A program made the translations under genes and the position numbers. The notes beneath the pieces are model-generated. The model saw nothing but the letters and a program-made list of their open reading frames with translations. It searched no databases and was not told where the DNA came from. Positions 1-12,856 of a DNA stretch of 64,000 nucleotides are shown in pieces (the first letter of the stretch is position 1; each line of letters opens with the position of its first letter). This DNA comes from Bacillota bacterium. GTDB taxonomy: Bacteria > Bacillota > Sulfobacillia > RBS10-35 > Bu92. The stretch lies in assembly GCA_014896375.1 (NCBI GenBank), contig JADBKN010000009.1, positions 10,397 through 74,396 of the forward strand, given 5' to 3'.

Positions 1-1
1 G

Positions 2-859
2 TTCGGCTTCGGAGATCTCTTCGAGACGTTCTTCGGCGGCTTCGGCGGCGCCCGGCGGGCCGGGCCGGAGCGCGGCGCCGACCTGCAGACGGAGGTCGAG
101 ATCGGCCTCGAGGAGGTTTTGCACGGCGGCCGGCGCACCGTCGTGGTGGCGCGCACGGAGCGCTGCGAGCGCTGCGGCGGCTCCGGGGCGGAGCCCGGCA
201 CGGCGCCGGAGCGCTGCCCCGTCTGCGGCGGCCGCGGGCAGGTGCGCACGGCCCGCAGCACGGCCTTCGGCTCCTTCGTCACGGTGCAGACCTGCCCGCG
301 CTGCCAGGGCAGCGGCCGCGTGATCGAGCGGCCCTGCCGCGCCTGCCAGGGGCGCGGTGCCGTGCGGCGGCGCCGGGAGATCGAGGTGCGCATCCCGAAG
401 GGCGTCGAGGACGGCATGCGCCTGCGGCTCGCCGGCCAGGGCGAGGCCGGCGCGCGCGGCGGCCCGAGCGGCGACCTCTACGTCGTGGTGCGCGTGCGGC
501 CGCACCCGCGCTTCCGCCGCGAGGGCACGACGCTCTTCGCCGACCTGCGCCTGGGTTACCCGCAGCTCGCGCTCGGCACCGAGGTCGAGGTGGAGACGCC
601 CGACGGCCTGGAGAAGCTGCGCATCCCCCCCGGCACCCAGCCCGGCCACGAGTTCCGCCTGCGCGGCCGCGGCGTGCCCGATGTGCGCGGCCACGGCCGC
701 GGCGACCTCGTCGTGCGCGTGCAGGTCGAGGTGCCCACCGACCTCTCCCGGGAAGAGATCCAGCTCCTGCAGCGTCTCGCCGAACTGCGCGGCCAGCCGG
801 CCGGCCAGGGCGCGAAGGGCTTCTTTGAGCGCGTGCGCGACGCGCTGGGCAACGGATGA
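2..859 (+). CDS. dnaJ: Chaperone DnaJ (5' truncated by window edge)
   Basis: Frame open from base 2 (FGFGDLFETFFGG, G/F region); four CxxCxGxG zinc-finger repeats; C-terminal substrate-binding domain (GDLYVVV); followed by prmA as in Firmicutes heat-shock operons. Confidence 0.97.
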   Translation, partial: FGFGDLFETFFGGFGGARRAGPERGADLQTEVEIGLEEVLHGGRRTVVVARTERCERCGGSGAEPGTAPERCPVCGGRGQVRTARSTAFGSFVTVQTCPRCQGSGRVIERPCRACQGRGAVRRRREIEVRIPKGVEDGMRLRLAGQGEAGARGGPSGDLYVVVRVRPHPRFRREGTTLFADLRLGYPQLALGTEVEVETPDGLEKLRIPPGTQPGHEFRLRGRGVPDVRGHGRGDLVVRVQVEVPTDLSREEIQLLQRLAELRGQPAGQGAKGFFERVRDALGNG

Positions 860-1728
860 GCCACGTGCGCCTCGTGCTCAGCTGGGAACGGGAGGCGCCC
901 GCGCTGGCGGAGGGTCTCGCGGCGCTGGCCGCGGAGGCCGGGCTGGGCGGCGCCGAGTACGGTGACCGCCACCTCGCCGTCTATGCGCCCGACGACGAGG
1001 ACGGCCGCGCGCGCCTCTTCGCCTTGGAACGCGAGGCGCGCCGCTGGGCGGCGGAGTTCGGCGCCGGGGAGATCCTCGTGCGGCGCGCCCCGGTGCGCGA
1101 GGAGGACTGGGCCGAGGCGTGGAAGCGGTATTACCGTCCCCTGCGCGTGGGCCGGCTGTGGCTCGTGCCGGCGTGGGAGGCGGCGCCGCCGGCGGCGGAC
1201 GGGCCGGTCGTGCGCCTGGACCCGGGCATGGCCTTCGGCACGGGGGAGCACGCCAGCACGCGCCTCTGCCTTCTTGAGATGCAGGACCTCTGGCCGCGGC
1301 TTCCCGCTGCGCCGCGCGTGGCGGACGTCGGCAGCGGTTCCGGAGTGCTCGCCGTGGCCGCGGCGGTCCTCAGCTGCGGGGCGGCGCGCGTGACGGCCGT
1401 CGACATCGACCCGGTGGCCGTGCGGGCCACGCGGGCCAACGCGCAGCTGAACGAGGTGGAGCTGGACGCGCGCCTCGGCGGGCCGGAGGTCCTCCCGCCG
1501 TACGCCTTCGACCTCATCCTCGCCAACCTCACCCTGGACATCCACCGCGCCGTCGCCGGCGAACTCGCCCGCGCGGCCGCGCCGGGCGGCGTTGTCGTCG
1601 CCTCCGGGATCGTGGAAGATCAGGAGGCGGAGGCGCGCGCGGCCTTCGCGCGCGCGGGCCTTTTGGCCCGCCGCGCCCGGGCGGCGGACGGCTGGCTCTC
1701 GCTCGTGCTCACGAAGGACGGCGCATAA
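856..1728 (+). CDS. prmA: Ribosomal protein L11 methyltransferase
   Basis: DPGMAFGTGEHAST, DVGSGSG SAM-binding motif, DLILAN; ATGA overlap with dnaJ. Confidence 0.95.
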   Translation: MSHVRLVLSWEREAPALAEGLAALAAEAGLGGAEYGDRHLAVYAPDDEDGRARLFALEREARRWAAEFGAGEILVRRAPVREEDWAEAWKRYYRPLRVGRLWLVPAWEAAPPAADGPVVRLDPGMAFGTGEHASTRLCLLEMQDLWPRLPAAPRVADVGSGSGVLAVAAAVLSCGAARVTAVDIDPVAVRATRANAQLNEVELDARLGGPEVLPPYAFDLILANLTLDIHRAVAGELARAAAPGGVVVASGIVEDQEAEARAAFARAGLLARRARAADGWLSLVLTKDGA

Positions 1729-1749
1729 CGTAACGCGGGGGGGATCGCC

Positions 1750-2886
<1,137 letters not shown>

Positions 2887-2949
2887 GAGAGGAAACCGGC
2901 GGGCGCAGCGCGAATGCACACCTGTCCCGGAGGATTTGGAGGTTCGAGG

Positions 2950-3291
2950 ATGGCGGACTGCCTCTTCTGCCGCATCGTCGCCGGGGAACTGCCGGCGCGC
3001 AAGGTGTATGAGGACGAGGAGGTCCTGGCCTTCCGAGACATCCAGCCCGTGGCGCCGGTCCATGTCCTCGTGGTGCCCAAGCGCCACCTGGACGGGCTTG
3101 CGGCCGCGGGCGCGGAGGATGCGCCGCTCCTCGGCCGCCTGCTGGACGCGGCGCGCCGCGTGGCGGAAGCGGAGGGGCTGGCGGAAGGGTACCGCGTCGT
3201 CGTGAACCAGGGCCGCCACGGCGGGCAGAGCGTCGGCCACCTGCACCTCCACGTGCTCGGCGGTCGCGCCATGCAGTGGCCTCCGGGCTAG
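2950..3291 (+). CDS. Histidine triad (HIT/HinT family) nucleotide-binding protein
   Basis: MADCLFCRI start, HLHLHVLGG histidine triad, WPPG C-terminus; conserved position upstream of rpsU. Confidence 0.93.
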   Translation: MADCLFCRIVAGELPARKVYEDEEVLAFRDIQPVAPVHVLVVPKRHLDGLAAAGAEDAPLLGRLLDAARRVAEAEGLAEGYRVVVNQGRHGGQSVGHLHLHVLGGRAMQWPPG

Positions 3292-3328
3292 ACTGGTACA
3301 CTGGAACCGCACGGAGGGGGTGAACGGC

Positions 3329-3508
3329 ATGTCCGAAGTCCGCGTCGGCGAGAACGAGTCGCTCGACAACGCCCTCCGTCGGTTCAAGCGCCAGGTGCAG
3401 CGCAGCGGAACTCTGAAGGAAGCGCGCCGCCACGAGTTCTACGAGAAGCCCAGCGTGCGGCGCAAGAAGAAGTCGGCGGCCGCGGCGCGCAAGCGCAAGG
3501 GCCGCTGA
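3329..3508 (+). CDS. rpsU: 30S ribosomal protein S21
   Basis: [28 protein letters not shown]; strong SD GGAGGGGGTG upstream. Confidence 0.97.
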   Translation: MSEVRVGENESLDNALRRFKRQVQRSGTLKEARRHEFYEKPSVRRKKKSAAAARKRKGR

Positions 3509-3543
3509 GCGGCCCGCGGCGGGCCGCGCGGCAGAGCATCCGA

Positions 3544-3577
3544 GGGCCGTCCCCGGCGGGGGGCGGCCCGTTTCCTC
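3544..3577 (+). terminator. Probable intrinsic terminator after rpsU
   Basis: GC stem GGGCCGTCCCC/GGGGGGCGGCCC followed by a pyrimidine tract (weak U tract). Confidence 0.55.
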
Positions 3578-3586
3578 TCCCCTCCC

Positions 3587-3617
3587 TCATAACCCTCTCC
3601 GGCGCGCGCATAGGTGT
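3587..3617 (+). promoter_or_regulatory. Putative sigmaE-type mother-cell promoter of yqfCD
   Basis: TCATAA followed by CATAGGTG (ATA-N17-CATA); yqfCD is sigmaE-dependent in B. subtilis. Confidence 0.45.
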
Positions 3618-3627
3618 CATTCATGAG

Positions 3628-3945
3628 GTGGGAACGCCTGTGGCGCAGAGCCGGCGCAGCCGGAGGCCGCCCCTCGACCGCCGCCTGCTGGGGCGTCTCG
3701 TCGACGCCCTGGAGCTCCCCTCGGACCTCCTCATCGATGTACCGCGCGTCACGATCATCGGCGCGCTCCAGGTGACGGTGGAGAACCACCGCGGGCTCGC
3801 CGCCTACCGGCCCGACGAGGTGTCGATCGCGGTGGCCGGCGGCGTCGTGCGCATCACGGGCGCGGAGCTGGAGATCGGGGTCGTGCAGGCGCACGAGGTG
3901 ACGGTGACGGGACGCGTGGCCGGCGTGGCGTTCCTCGCCGACTGA
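3628..3945 (+). CDS. yqfC: Sporulation protein YqfC (YabP/YqfC family)
   Basis: LELPSDL..DVPRVTIIG..VENHRGL motif; precedes yqfD; start may be GTG 3640. Confidence 0.88.
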   Translation: MGTPVAQSRRSRRPPLDRRLLGRLVDALELPSDLLIDVPRVTIIGALQVTVENHRGLAAYRPDEVSIAVAGGVVRITGAELEIGVVQAHEVTVTGRVAGVAFLAD

Positions 3946-3964
3946 CACGCGAGGGGGGAGCGGC

Positions 3965-5218
3965 GTGGCCCGGCGCCTCCTGGCCTGGCTCCGCGGATGG
4001 ACGCTGATGCGCGCCGAGGGCGCGGGCGTCGAGGGCTTCGTCAACGCCGCCCTGCGCCGCGGCATCGAACTCTGGCGCGTGCGCCGCGCCGGCGGCGCCT
4101 GGCTCATGTACGTCGCCGCCGCGCACGCCGCCGGCCTGCAGGCGCTGGCGGGTGAGCACGGGCTGGCGCTGGCCGTCGTGCGCCAGGCCGGCTGGCCGTT
4201 TCTTTGGAAGCGGTTCCTGCGGCGGCGCGTGCTCGTGGCCGGGGTCGTCGCCACGGCGGCGCTCGGTTACCTCGGCGCCTCCTTCATCTGGATCGTCGAT
4301 GTCGAGGGGACGTCCCAGGTGCCGTCCGGAGAGATCCTGCGTGCCGCGGCGCAACTGGGGCTCTATCCCGGCGCCTTCCGCCCCTCCGTCGACGCGGACC
4401 GCGTGGCGCGCCGCCTGCCGCTGCTCGTTCCGCAGGTGAACTGGGCGAACGTGCGCCTCTCCGGTACCCGCGCGACGATCGTCGTCGCCGAGGAGCGGCG
4501 CGTGCCGCCGGAGATGCAGCCGAGTTCAGCGCCGGCGGACATCGTGGCCAAGAAGGACGGCGTCGTCACGTCGGTCCTGGCGCTCGCCGGCCAGCCGCTC
4601 GTGAAGCCCGGCGACACGGTCTCGCGCGGCCAGGTGCTGATCCGCGCGGAGGTGGAGGCCGTGCCGCCCGGCCTGAACCCGGATGACCCGGCCGCGCCGC
4701 GCGTGCGCATGCTCGTGCGCGCGCGCGGCACGGTGCGCGCGCGGGTGTGGTATGATCGTTATCTAGAAGTTCCGGCGGAGATGCTCAAGGAAGCGCCGAC
4801 GGGCCGCACCTACGCGCGCTACCGCCTCACCGTCGCCGGCGCGTCCGTCACCCTCTGGGGATGGTCGCCGGTGCCGTTCCGCCACTTCCGCACGGAAGTG
4901 GAGCGTCACGCCCTCTCCTGGCGCGGCGTCACCCTGCCGGTGGAGTGGCGCGTTGAGCGCTTCGTGGAGGTGCAGCGCGCGGCGGCCGGCCTGGATCCCG
5001 GCCGGGCGCGGGAGCTGGCGCGGCGCCAGGCGCTGGCGCAGGTGCTGGCGGAGGTGCCGCCGGACGCCCGCATCCTCGATGAATCCGCCGAGATCGTGCT
5101 CAGCACGCCCACGCGCTTCGGCGTGCGCGTGCGCCTGGAGACGGAAGAGGACATCGGGACGGCGGCCGAACGGGCCTCGCCGGGCTCGGAGGCGCCGCCG
5201 GGCGGCGGCTCCCGCTGA
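3965..5218 (+). CDS. yqfD: Stage IV sporulation protein YqfD
   Basis: EGFVN..LW, single TM, IWIVDVEG, DIVAKKDGVV, VKPGDTV..GQVLI, VRARVWY; synteny yqfC-yqfD-phoH. Confidence 0.9.
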   Translation: MARRLLAWLRGWTLMRAEGAGVEGFVNAALRRGIELWRVRRAGGAWLMYVAAAHAAGLQALAGEHGLALAVVRQAGWPFLWKRFLRRRVLVAGVVATAALGYLGASFIWIVDVEGTSQVPSGEILRAAAQLGLYPGAFRPSVDADRVARRLPLLVPQVNWANVRLSGTRATIVVAEERRVPPEMQPSSAPADIVAKKDGVVTSVLALAGQPLVKPGDTVSRGQVLIRAEVEAVPPGLNPDDPAAPRVRMLVRARGTVRARVWYDRYLEVPAEMLKEAPTGRTYARYRLTVAGASVTLWGWSPVPFRHFRTEVERHALSWRGVTLPVEWRVERFVEVQRAAAGLDPGRARELARRQALAQVLAEVPPDARILDESAEIVLSTPTRFGVRVRLETEEDIGTAAERASPGSEAPPGGGSR

Positions 5219-5271
5219 GGCCCGCCGCCGCGACCTCGCTGCGTGGAGGGGGCGTCCGCCGCTTGGCCGGC

Positions 5272-6255
5272 ATGGCCGTCGACAAGCGCAAGTTCACGAT
5301 CCCGGACAACTACCAGGCGCTGCAGATCATGGGCCACCAGGAAGAGCACCTGCGCGCGATGGAGGAAGCGATGCAGGTGCAGATCCTCGCGCGCGGCAAC
5401 GAGCTGCACGTCGACGGGCCGGCGGAGCAGGTGGCGCGCACCGTCGAGCTCCTCCACACGCTGACCGACCTCGCCTCCCAGGGACAGCCTCTGGCGGCGC
5501 AGGACATCCGCTACGCCATCCGCCTCGCCCGTGAGGGCAAGCTCGACCAGCTGGCCGACGTCTACCGGGACGTGATCCTCGTCACGGCGCGCGGCAAGCC
5601 CATCAAGGCGAAGACCCTCGGCCAGAAGCGGTACGTGGAGGCCATCCGCGAGAACCCCATCGTCTTCGGCATCGGGCCGGCCGGCACCGGCAAGACCTAC
5701 CTGGCGATGGCGCTCGCCGTCGACGCCTTCCGCAACCGCCAGGTCAACCGCATCGTACTCACGCGGCCGGCCGTGGAGGCGGGGGAGAAGCTCGGCTTCC
5801 TCCCCGGCGATCTCCAAGAAAAGGTCGACCCCTACCTGCGCCCCCTCTACGACGCGCTCTACGACATCCTGGGCGTGGAGACGTTCGAGAAATACATGAG
5901 CCGCGGCATGATCGAGGTGGCGCCGCTCGCCTACATGCGCGGCCGCACGCTGGACGATTCCTTCGTGATCCTCGACGAGGCGCAGAACACCACGCCGGAG
6001 CAGATGAAGATGTTCCTCACGCGGCTCGGCTTCGGCTCGCGCGCCGTCGTCACCGGCGACATCACGCAGGTGGACCTCCCGCGGGAGCAGGATTCGGGCC
6101 TCGCGGAAGTGCAGCGCGTGCTGAAGGGCATCCGCGGCATCGAGTTCGTCCAGCTCACGGAGCAGGACATCGTCCGCCACCCCCTTGTGCAGGCCATCAT
6201 CCGCGCCTACGACGCCTATGAGCAGCAGCGCGCCCTCGAGAGCCTGAAGGAGTAA
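5272..6255 (+). CDS. phoH: PhoH family ATPase
   Basis: GPAGTGKT, RPAVEAGEKLGFLPGDL, YMRGRTL, DEAQN, GDITQVDLP. Confidence 0.96.
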   Translation: MAVDKRKFTIPDNYQALQIMGHQEEHLRAMEEAMQVQILARGNELHVDGPAEQVARTVELLHTLTDLASQGQPLAAQDIRYAIRLAREGKLDQLADVYRDVILVTARGKPIKAKTLGQKRYVEAIRENPIVFGIGPAGTGKTYLAMALAVDAFRNRQVNRIVLTRPAVEAGEKLGFLPGDLQEKVDPYLRPLYDALYDILGVETFEKYMSRGMIEVAPLAYMRGRTLDDSFVILDEAQNTTPEQMKMFLTRLGFGSRAVVTGDITQVDLPREQDSGLAEVQRVLKGIRGIEFVQLTEQDIVRHPLVQAIIRAYDAYEQQRALESLKE

Positions 6256-6259
6256 GGCG

Positions 6260-8401
6260 ATGAGAAGAGAGCCCGCCGCCGCGGCGTGGATCCGCCGCCG
6301 GGTGCAGCGCTTCGGGCATGCGGGGGCGCGCCGCGCGGCCCTGGCGCTGGCCTTCCTCCTTGTCACGGCCGGCACGCTGGCGAGCGCCTTCGTGCCGGAG
6401 CGCGTCGACGTGCGCCTCAACCAGCCGGCGCGCGGCGCGATCAAAGCGCCGCGGGAGTTCATCGACTGGCCGACGACGCGCCGCCTGCAGGCGGAGGCCG
6501 CGGCGCGCGTGGCCGACGTCTACACGCTGGACCCGCGCGTCACCCAGGACGCGGCCGCGCAGCTGGACGCGCTCTTCGCGGCCGTCGAAGGGCTGCGCGC
6601 GAGCACCGAGGCCGACGACCGCCGCGCCGCGGCGCTGCGCAACGTGGCCGGCTTCCCCCTGGACGAGCGCGTGGCGCTGGCCGTGCTGCGCCTGCCGGAC
6701 GCCGACTGGCAGGCGCTGAAGCGCCAGATGCGGGAACTCCTCCTTTCGGAGATGAACCAGGGCATCCGGCAGGAGTCCCTGGAGACGTTCCGGCGGGACG
6801 CCGCCTCGGCCGTGATGGCGTGGAACTACGACCGGCCCGCGCTCTCCTTCGCGGTCTCGGCCGTGCAGGCGGCGCTGCGGCCGAACGTGCTCTTCGACGC
6901 CGCGAAGACCCAGGAGGCGCGCGCGCAGGCGCGGGCCGCCGTCCAGCCGGTCGTCGTCCTCAAGGGGCAGACGATCGTCCCCGACGGCGCCGTCGTGACG
7001 GCGGACGACCTGGAACGCCTGCGCGACGCGGGGCTCCTGCGTTCCGGGCAGGACTACGCGCTCGTGGGCGCAGCGCTCGTCGTGGCCGCGGTCCTGGAGG
7101 CGCTCCTCGCCCTCCACCTCTGGCACCTGCGGCCGCGCGTCTGGCGCGACGAGCGGCGCCTTCTGCTCGTCGGCCTGGTGCTCGCGGTGGGGCTCGTCGT
7201 CGACCGGGTGCTCGTGCCCGTTTCCCCGTACCTCGCGCCGGTGGCGTGGGCGGCGATGCTGCTCGCCATCCTCGTCGACGCGGAAGTCGCGCTCATGGGC
7301 GTGCTCTTTGAGGCTTTGGCGCTGGGCTTCATGGCGGAGCACGACCTGCGCTACGCCTTCGCCGCGCTGGCCGGCGGCTCGGCGGCCGTGTTCAGCGTGC
7401 GGCGCGTGGACCAGCGGGGCGAGGTGATGCGCGGCGGCTTCCTCGCGGCCGGCGCCAACCTCGCGGCCGTGCTGGCCGCCGGCCTGCTCACGGGGGACGT
7501 GGGCCGGGACCCGGCCGTCTGGTTCGACGCGGCGTTCGGCGCCGTCAACGGCATGCTCGCCGGCATCCTCACGATCGGCTCCCTGCCGTACCTGGAGCAG
7601 GCCTTCGGCATCCTCACCAGCATACGGCTCCTCGAGCTCTCGAACCCGAACCATCCGCTCTTGCGGCGCATGCTCCGGGAGGCGCCGGGGACCTACCACC
7701 ACAGCCTGATGGTCGCCAACCTCTGCGAGGCGGCGGCCGAGGCCGTGCACGCCAACCCGCTCCTCGCGCGCGTGGGCGCCTACTACCACGACATCGGCAA
7801 GCTCAAACGGCCCTACTTCTTCGTCGACAACCAGTTCGGCGGCGAGAACCCGCACGACCGCCTCTCACCCAGCCTCTCCGCGCTCATCGTCATCAGCCAC
7901 GTCAAGGACGGGCTGGAACTCGCCCGGGAGTACAAGCTCCCGGAAGAGATCGCGCGCTTCATCCCCGAGCACCACGGCACAATGCTGGTTTCCTACTTCT
8001 ACCACAAGGCCGTGGAGACGAGCGACGGGCCGGTCGATGAGGCCCAGTTCCGCTATCCCGGTCCCTTGCCGCAATCCAAGGAAGCGGCCATCATGATGCT
8101 GGCGGACGGCGCGGAGGCGTCCGTGCGGGCGCTCAAGGACCCCACGCCGGACCGCATCGAGGCGCAGGTGCGCAAGATCATCCGCGAGCGCCTCGACGCC
8201 GGCCAGCTGGAGCAGGCCGACGTCACCTTGCGGGACCTCGACACCATCGCGCGCACCTTCACCCACGTGCTGATGGGCTTCCACCACCAGCGCATCCCGT
8301 ATCCGGAACAGATTGCGGAAGAGCTGAGGAGGAGCGGCGAGCGGCATGAGCGTCGTCGTGAGCGAAAGGGATTCCTCCGCACCGGAACTGACCGCCGCTA
8401 A
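6260..8401 (+). CDS. pgpH: 7TM-HD family phosphohydrolase (cyclic di-AMP phosphodiesterase PgpH/YqfF)
   Basis: Extracellular domain, about 7 TM helices, APGTYHHS, YYHDIGK, EHHGT, YPGP, MLAD; synteny phoH-pgpH-ybeY. Confidence 0.9.
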   Translation: MRREPAAAAWIRRRVQRFGHAGARRAALALAFLLVTAGTLASAFVPERVDVRLNQPARGAIKAPREFIDWPTTRRLQAEAAARVADVYTLDPRVTQDAAAQLDALFAAVEGLRASTEADDRRAAALRNVAGFPLDERVALAVLRLPDADWQALKRQMRELLLSEMNQGIRQESLETFRRDAASAVMAWNYDRPALSFAVSAVQAALRPNVLFDAAKTQEARAQARAAVQPVVVLKGQTIVPDGAVVTADDLERLRDAGLLRSGQDYALVGAALVVAAVLEALLALHLWHLRPRVWRDERRLLLVGLVLAVGLVVDRVLVPVSPYLAPVAWAAMLLAILVDAEVALMGVLFEALALGFMAEHDLRYAFAALAGGSAAVFSVRRVDQRGEVMRGGFLAAGANLAAVLAAGLLTGDVGRDPAVWFDAAFGAVNGMLAGILTIGSLPYLEQAFGILTSIRLLELSNPNHPLLRRMLREAPGTYHHSLMVANLCEAAAEAVHANPLLARVGAYYHDIGKLKRPYFFVDNQFGGENPHDRLSPSLSALIVISHVKDGLELAREYKLPEEIARFIPEHHGTMLVSYFYHKAVETSDGPVDEAQFRYPGPLPQSKEAAIMMLADGAEASVRALKDPTPDRIEAQVRKIIRERLDAGQLEQADVTLRDLDTIARTFTHVLMGFHHQRIPYPEQIAEELRRSGERHERRRERKGFLRTGTDRR

Positions 8402-8807
8402 AGAGCTGGCCGCGCGGGCCGCCCAGGCCGCCCTGGCCGGCCACGGGCTCGGGCACGCGCACGTGGACCTCACGTTCGCCGACGACGCCTACCTTCAGGA
8501 GCTCAACCGCGAGTACCGCGGCGTCGACCGGCCCACGGACGTGCTCTCCTTTCCCTGCTACGATCCGGCGGAGCTGGCGGGGGCGCGCGCGGAGCCGGCG
8601 CCCCTCCTGGGAGAGGTCGTCGTCTCGGTGCCGCGCGCTCAGGAGCAGGCGCGCGCCTACGGCCACTCGGTGGAGCGGGAGATGGCCTTCCTGGCCGTGC
8701 ACGGCGTGCTGCACCTCCTGGGCTACGACCACCGCACGCCGGAGGAGGAGGCGGCCATGCAGGCGGCGGCGGAGGCGGTGCTCGGGCCGCTGGGACTCTC
8801 GAGGTGA
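8346..8807 (+). CDS. ybeY: rRNA maturation endoribonuclease YbeY
   Basis: LNREYRGVDRPTDVLSF, HGVLHLLGYDH. Confidence 0.96.
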   Translation: MSVVVSERDSSAPELTAAKELAARAAQAALAGHGLGHAHVDLTFADDAYLQELNREYRGVDRPTDVLSFPCYDPAELAGARAEPAPLLGEVVVSVPRAQEQARAYGHSVEREMAFLAVHGVLHLLGYDHRTPEEEAAMQAAAEAVLGPLGLSR

Positions 8808-9289
8808 GGCGCCCGCGGCCGTTCGTGGCGGCGCTGCGCGGCCTCGTGGTCGCGTGGCAGGGGGAGCCCAACCTGCGCTTCGAGGTCTGGGCCGGCTACA
8901 CCGCGCTGGCGTGGGCCGCGCTCGTGCCGCTGCCGCGCGCGGACACACTTTGGGTGATCGCCGTCGTCGGGCTCGTGTGGACGGCCGAGCTGCTCAACAC
9001 GGCCGTCGAGGCGACGGTCGACCTCGTCACGGGAGAGTGGCGGCCGGCGGCCGGGCTCGCGAAGGATTTCGCCGCGGCCGGCGTGCTGTTGGCGAGCCTT
9101 TTGGCGCTCGCCGTGGGACTCGTGATCTTCGGCCCGCACCTGGGAGAGCTGCCGGGCACCCTGGTGCGCGCGGCGCGCAGCGCGCCATGGGGCTTCGGGC
9201 TCGGCGCGGCCGCCTGGGCGGCGCTGGGCCTGAGCTGGCTCCTCGGCCCACGGCGGCGCGTCGACCCGCGTGAGAGGAAGAGGCGATGA
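8804..9289 (+). CDS. dgkA: Diacylglycerol/undecaprenol kinase
   Basis: ELLNTAVEATVD, AKDFAAAGVL; extra C-terminal hydrophobic segment. Confidence 0.9.
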   Translation: MRRPRPFVAALRGLVVAWQGEPNLRFEVWAGYTALAWAALVPLPRADTLWVIAVVGLVWTAELLNTAVEATVDLVTGEWRPAAGLAKDFAAAGVLLASLLALAVGLVIFGPHLGELPGTLVRAARSAPWGFGLGAAAWAALGLSWLLGPRRRVDPRERKRR

Positions 9290-9931
9290 TGCGCAAGCGT
9301 CTGGGCGCGCGCCTGCGCGCCGTGCTTTTCGCCGGCGTGGCGGCGCTCCTGCCGATCGTGTCGGCCGTGTATGTGGTGCTGGCGCTCTTCCGCTGGGTGG
9401 ACGGGCTCCTGCGGCCGCTCATCCTGCCCTTCGTGCCGGAGGGGGCCTACATCACGGGGCTGGGCGCCGTCGTCACGACGGTGCTCGTGTTCCTCGTGGG
9501 CTTGCTCGTCTCGAACTACGTGGGCAGCCGCCTCTTCGCGCTCGTCGACTGGCTCTTCCGGCGCATGCCCATCGTCTCCAGCATCTACGGCACGGTGAAG
9601 CAGTTCATCGACTCCTTCGGCCGGCCGGGGCAACCGTCTTTCAAGCGCGTAGCGCTCGTCGAGTACCCGCGCAAGGGCCTCTGGCGCGTGGCGCTCATCA
9701 CGGGCGACACGGCCGAGGCCATCGAGCGCGCCACCGGGGAGGACGACCTCGTCAACGTCTACCTGCCGACGACGCCGAACCCGGCCTCCGGCGTGCTCCT
9801 CATGGTGCCGCGGTCGGAGCTGCGCCTGCTCGACATGTCGGTCGAGGCCGGCATGCGGCTCGTGATCTCCGGCGGCATCGTCAACCCCGAAATCGCGGAA
9901 AAGGCCCGCAGCGCGGAGGAGGTGGCGGCCG

Positions 9932-9957
<26 letters not shown>
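9286..9957 (+). CDS. DUF502 family membrane protein
   Basis: PIVSSIY..VKQ, VEYPRKG, VYLPTTPNPASG, MSVEAGMRLVISGG. Confidence 0.88.
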
Positions 9958-12414
<2,457 letters not shown>

Positions 12415-12436
12415 GATCCATCGGGGGGGCGGCCCC

Positions 12437-12856
12437 CTAAGAGGTCGCCCGGGGCGGACCGCCGTCTTTCAACCCCTTGCGGTAGACCATGGCCTGCAGC
12501 CGCGCCACGTCGCGCGGCGGGGCGCCGTCGCCGGCCCCGCCCCCGGCGGACCAGACACGGATCTCGTAGAGCGCCGTGCGCCTCGTGGCGTGCACTTCCC
12601 GTGCCTCGCAGAAGAGGCGCTCGCCCTCCCGCGCGGGAGAGAGGTACGCGACGGACATCGTCAGCGCCACAGAGACGTGGTCGCCGGCGTTGCTCGCCGC
12701 CGCGAAGGCGGCGTCCGCCAGCGCGAAGACGGCGCCGCCGTGCGCCGTCCCGTGCAGGTTCAGATGGCGGCCGTCGACGGTCATCGCCGTGCGCGCGTAC
12801 CCCGGCGCGACCTCCAAAAGCTCCACGCCGGCGAGCTCCGCGAAGGGCTCCGTCAT
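12437..12856 (-). CDS. paaI: PaaI-family hotdog thioesterase
   Basis: MTEPFAELAG..HLNLHGTAHGGAVFALADAAFAAASN; 4-nt overlap with paaK; the longer ORF in the track is an overextension. Confidence 0.85.
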   Translation of the reverse strand: MTEPFAELAGVELLEVAPGYARTAMTVDGRHLNLHGTAHGGAVFALADAAFAAASNAGDHVSVALTMSVAYLSPAREGERLFCEAREVHATRRTALYEIRVWSAGGGAGDGAPPRDVARLQAMVYRKGLKDGGPPRATS

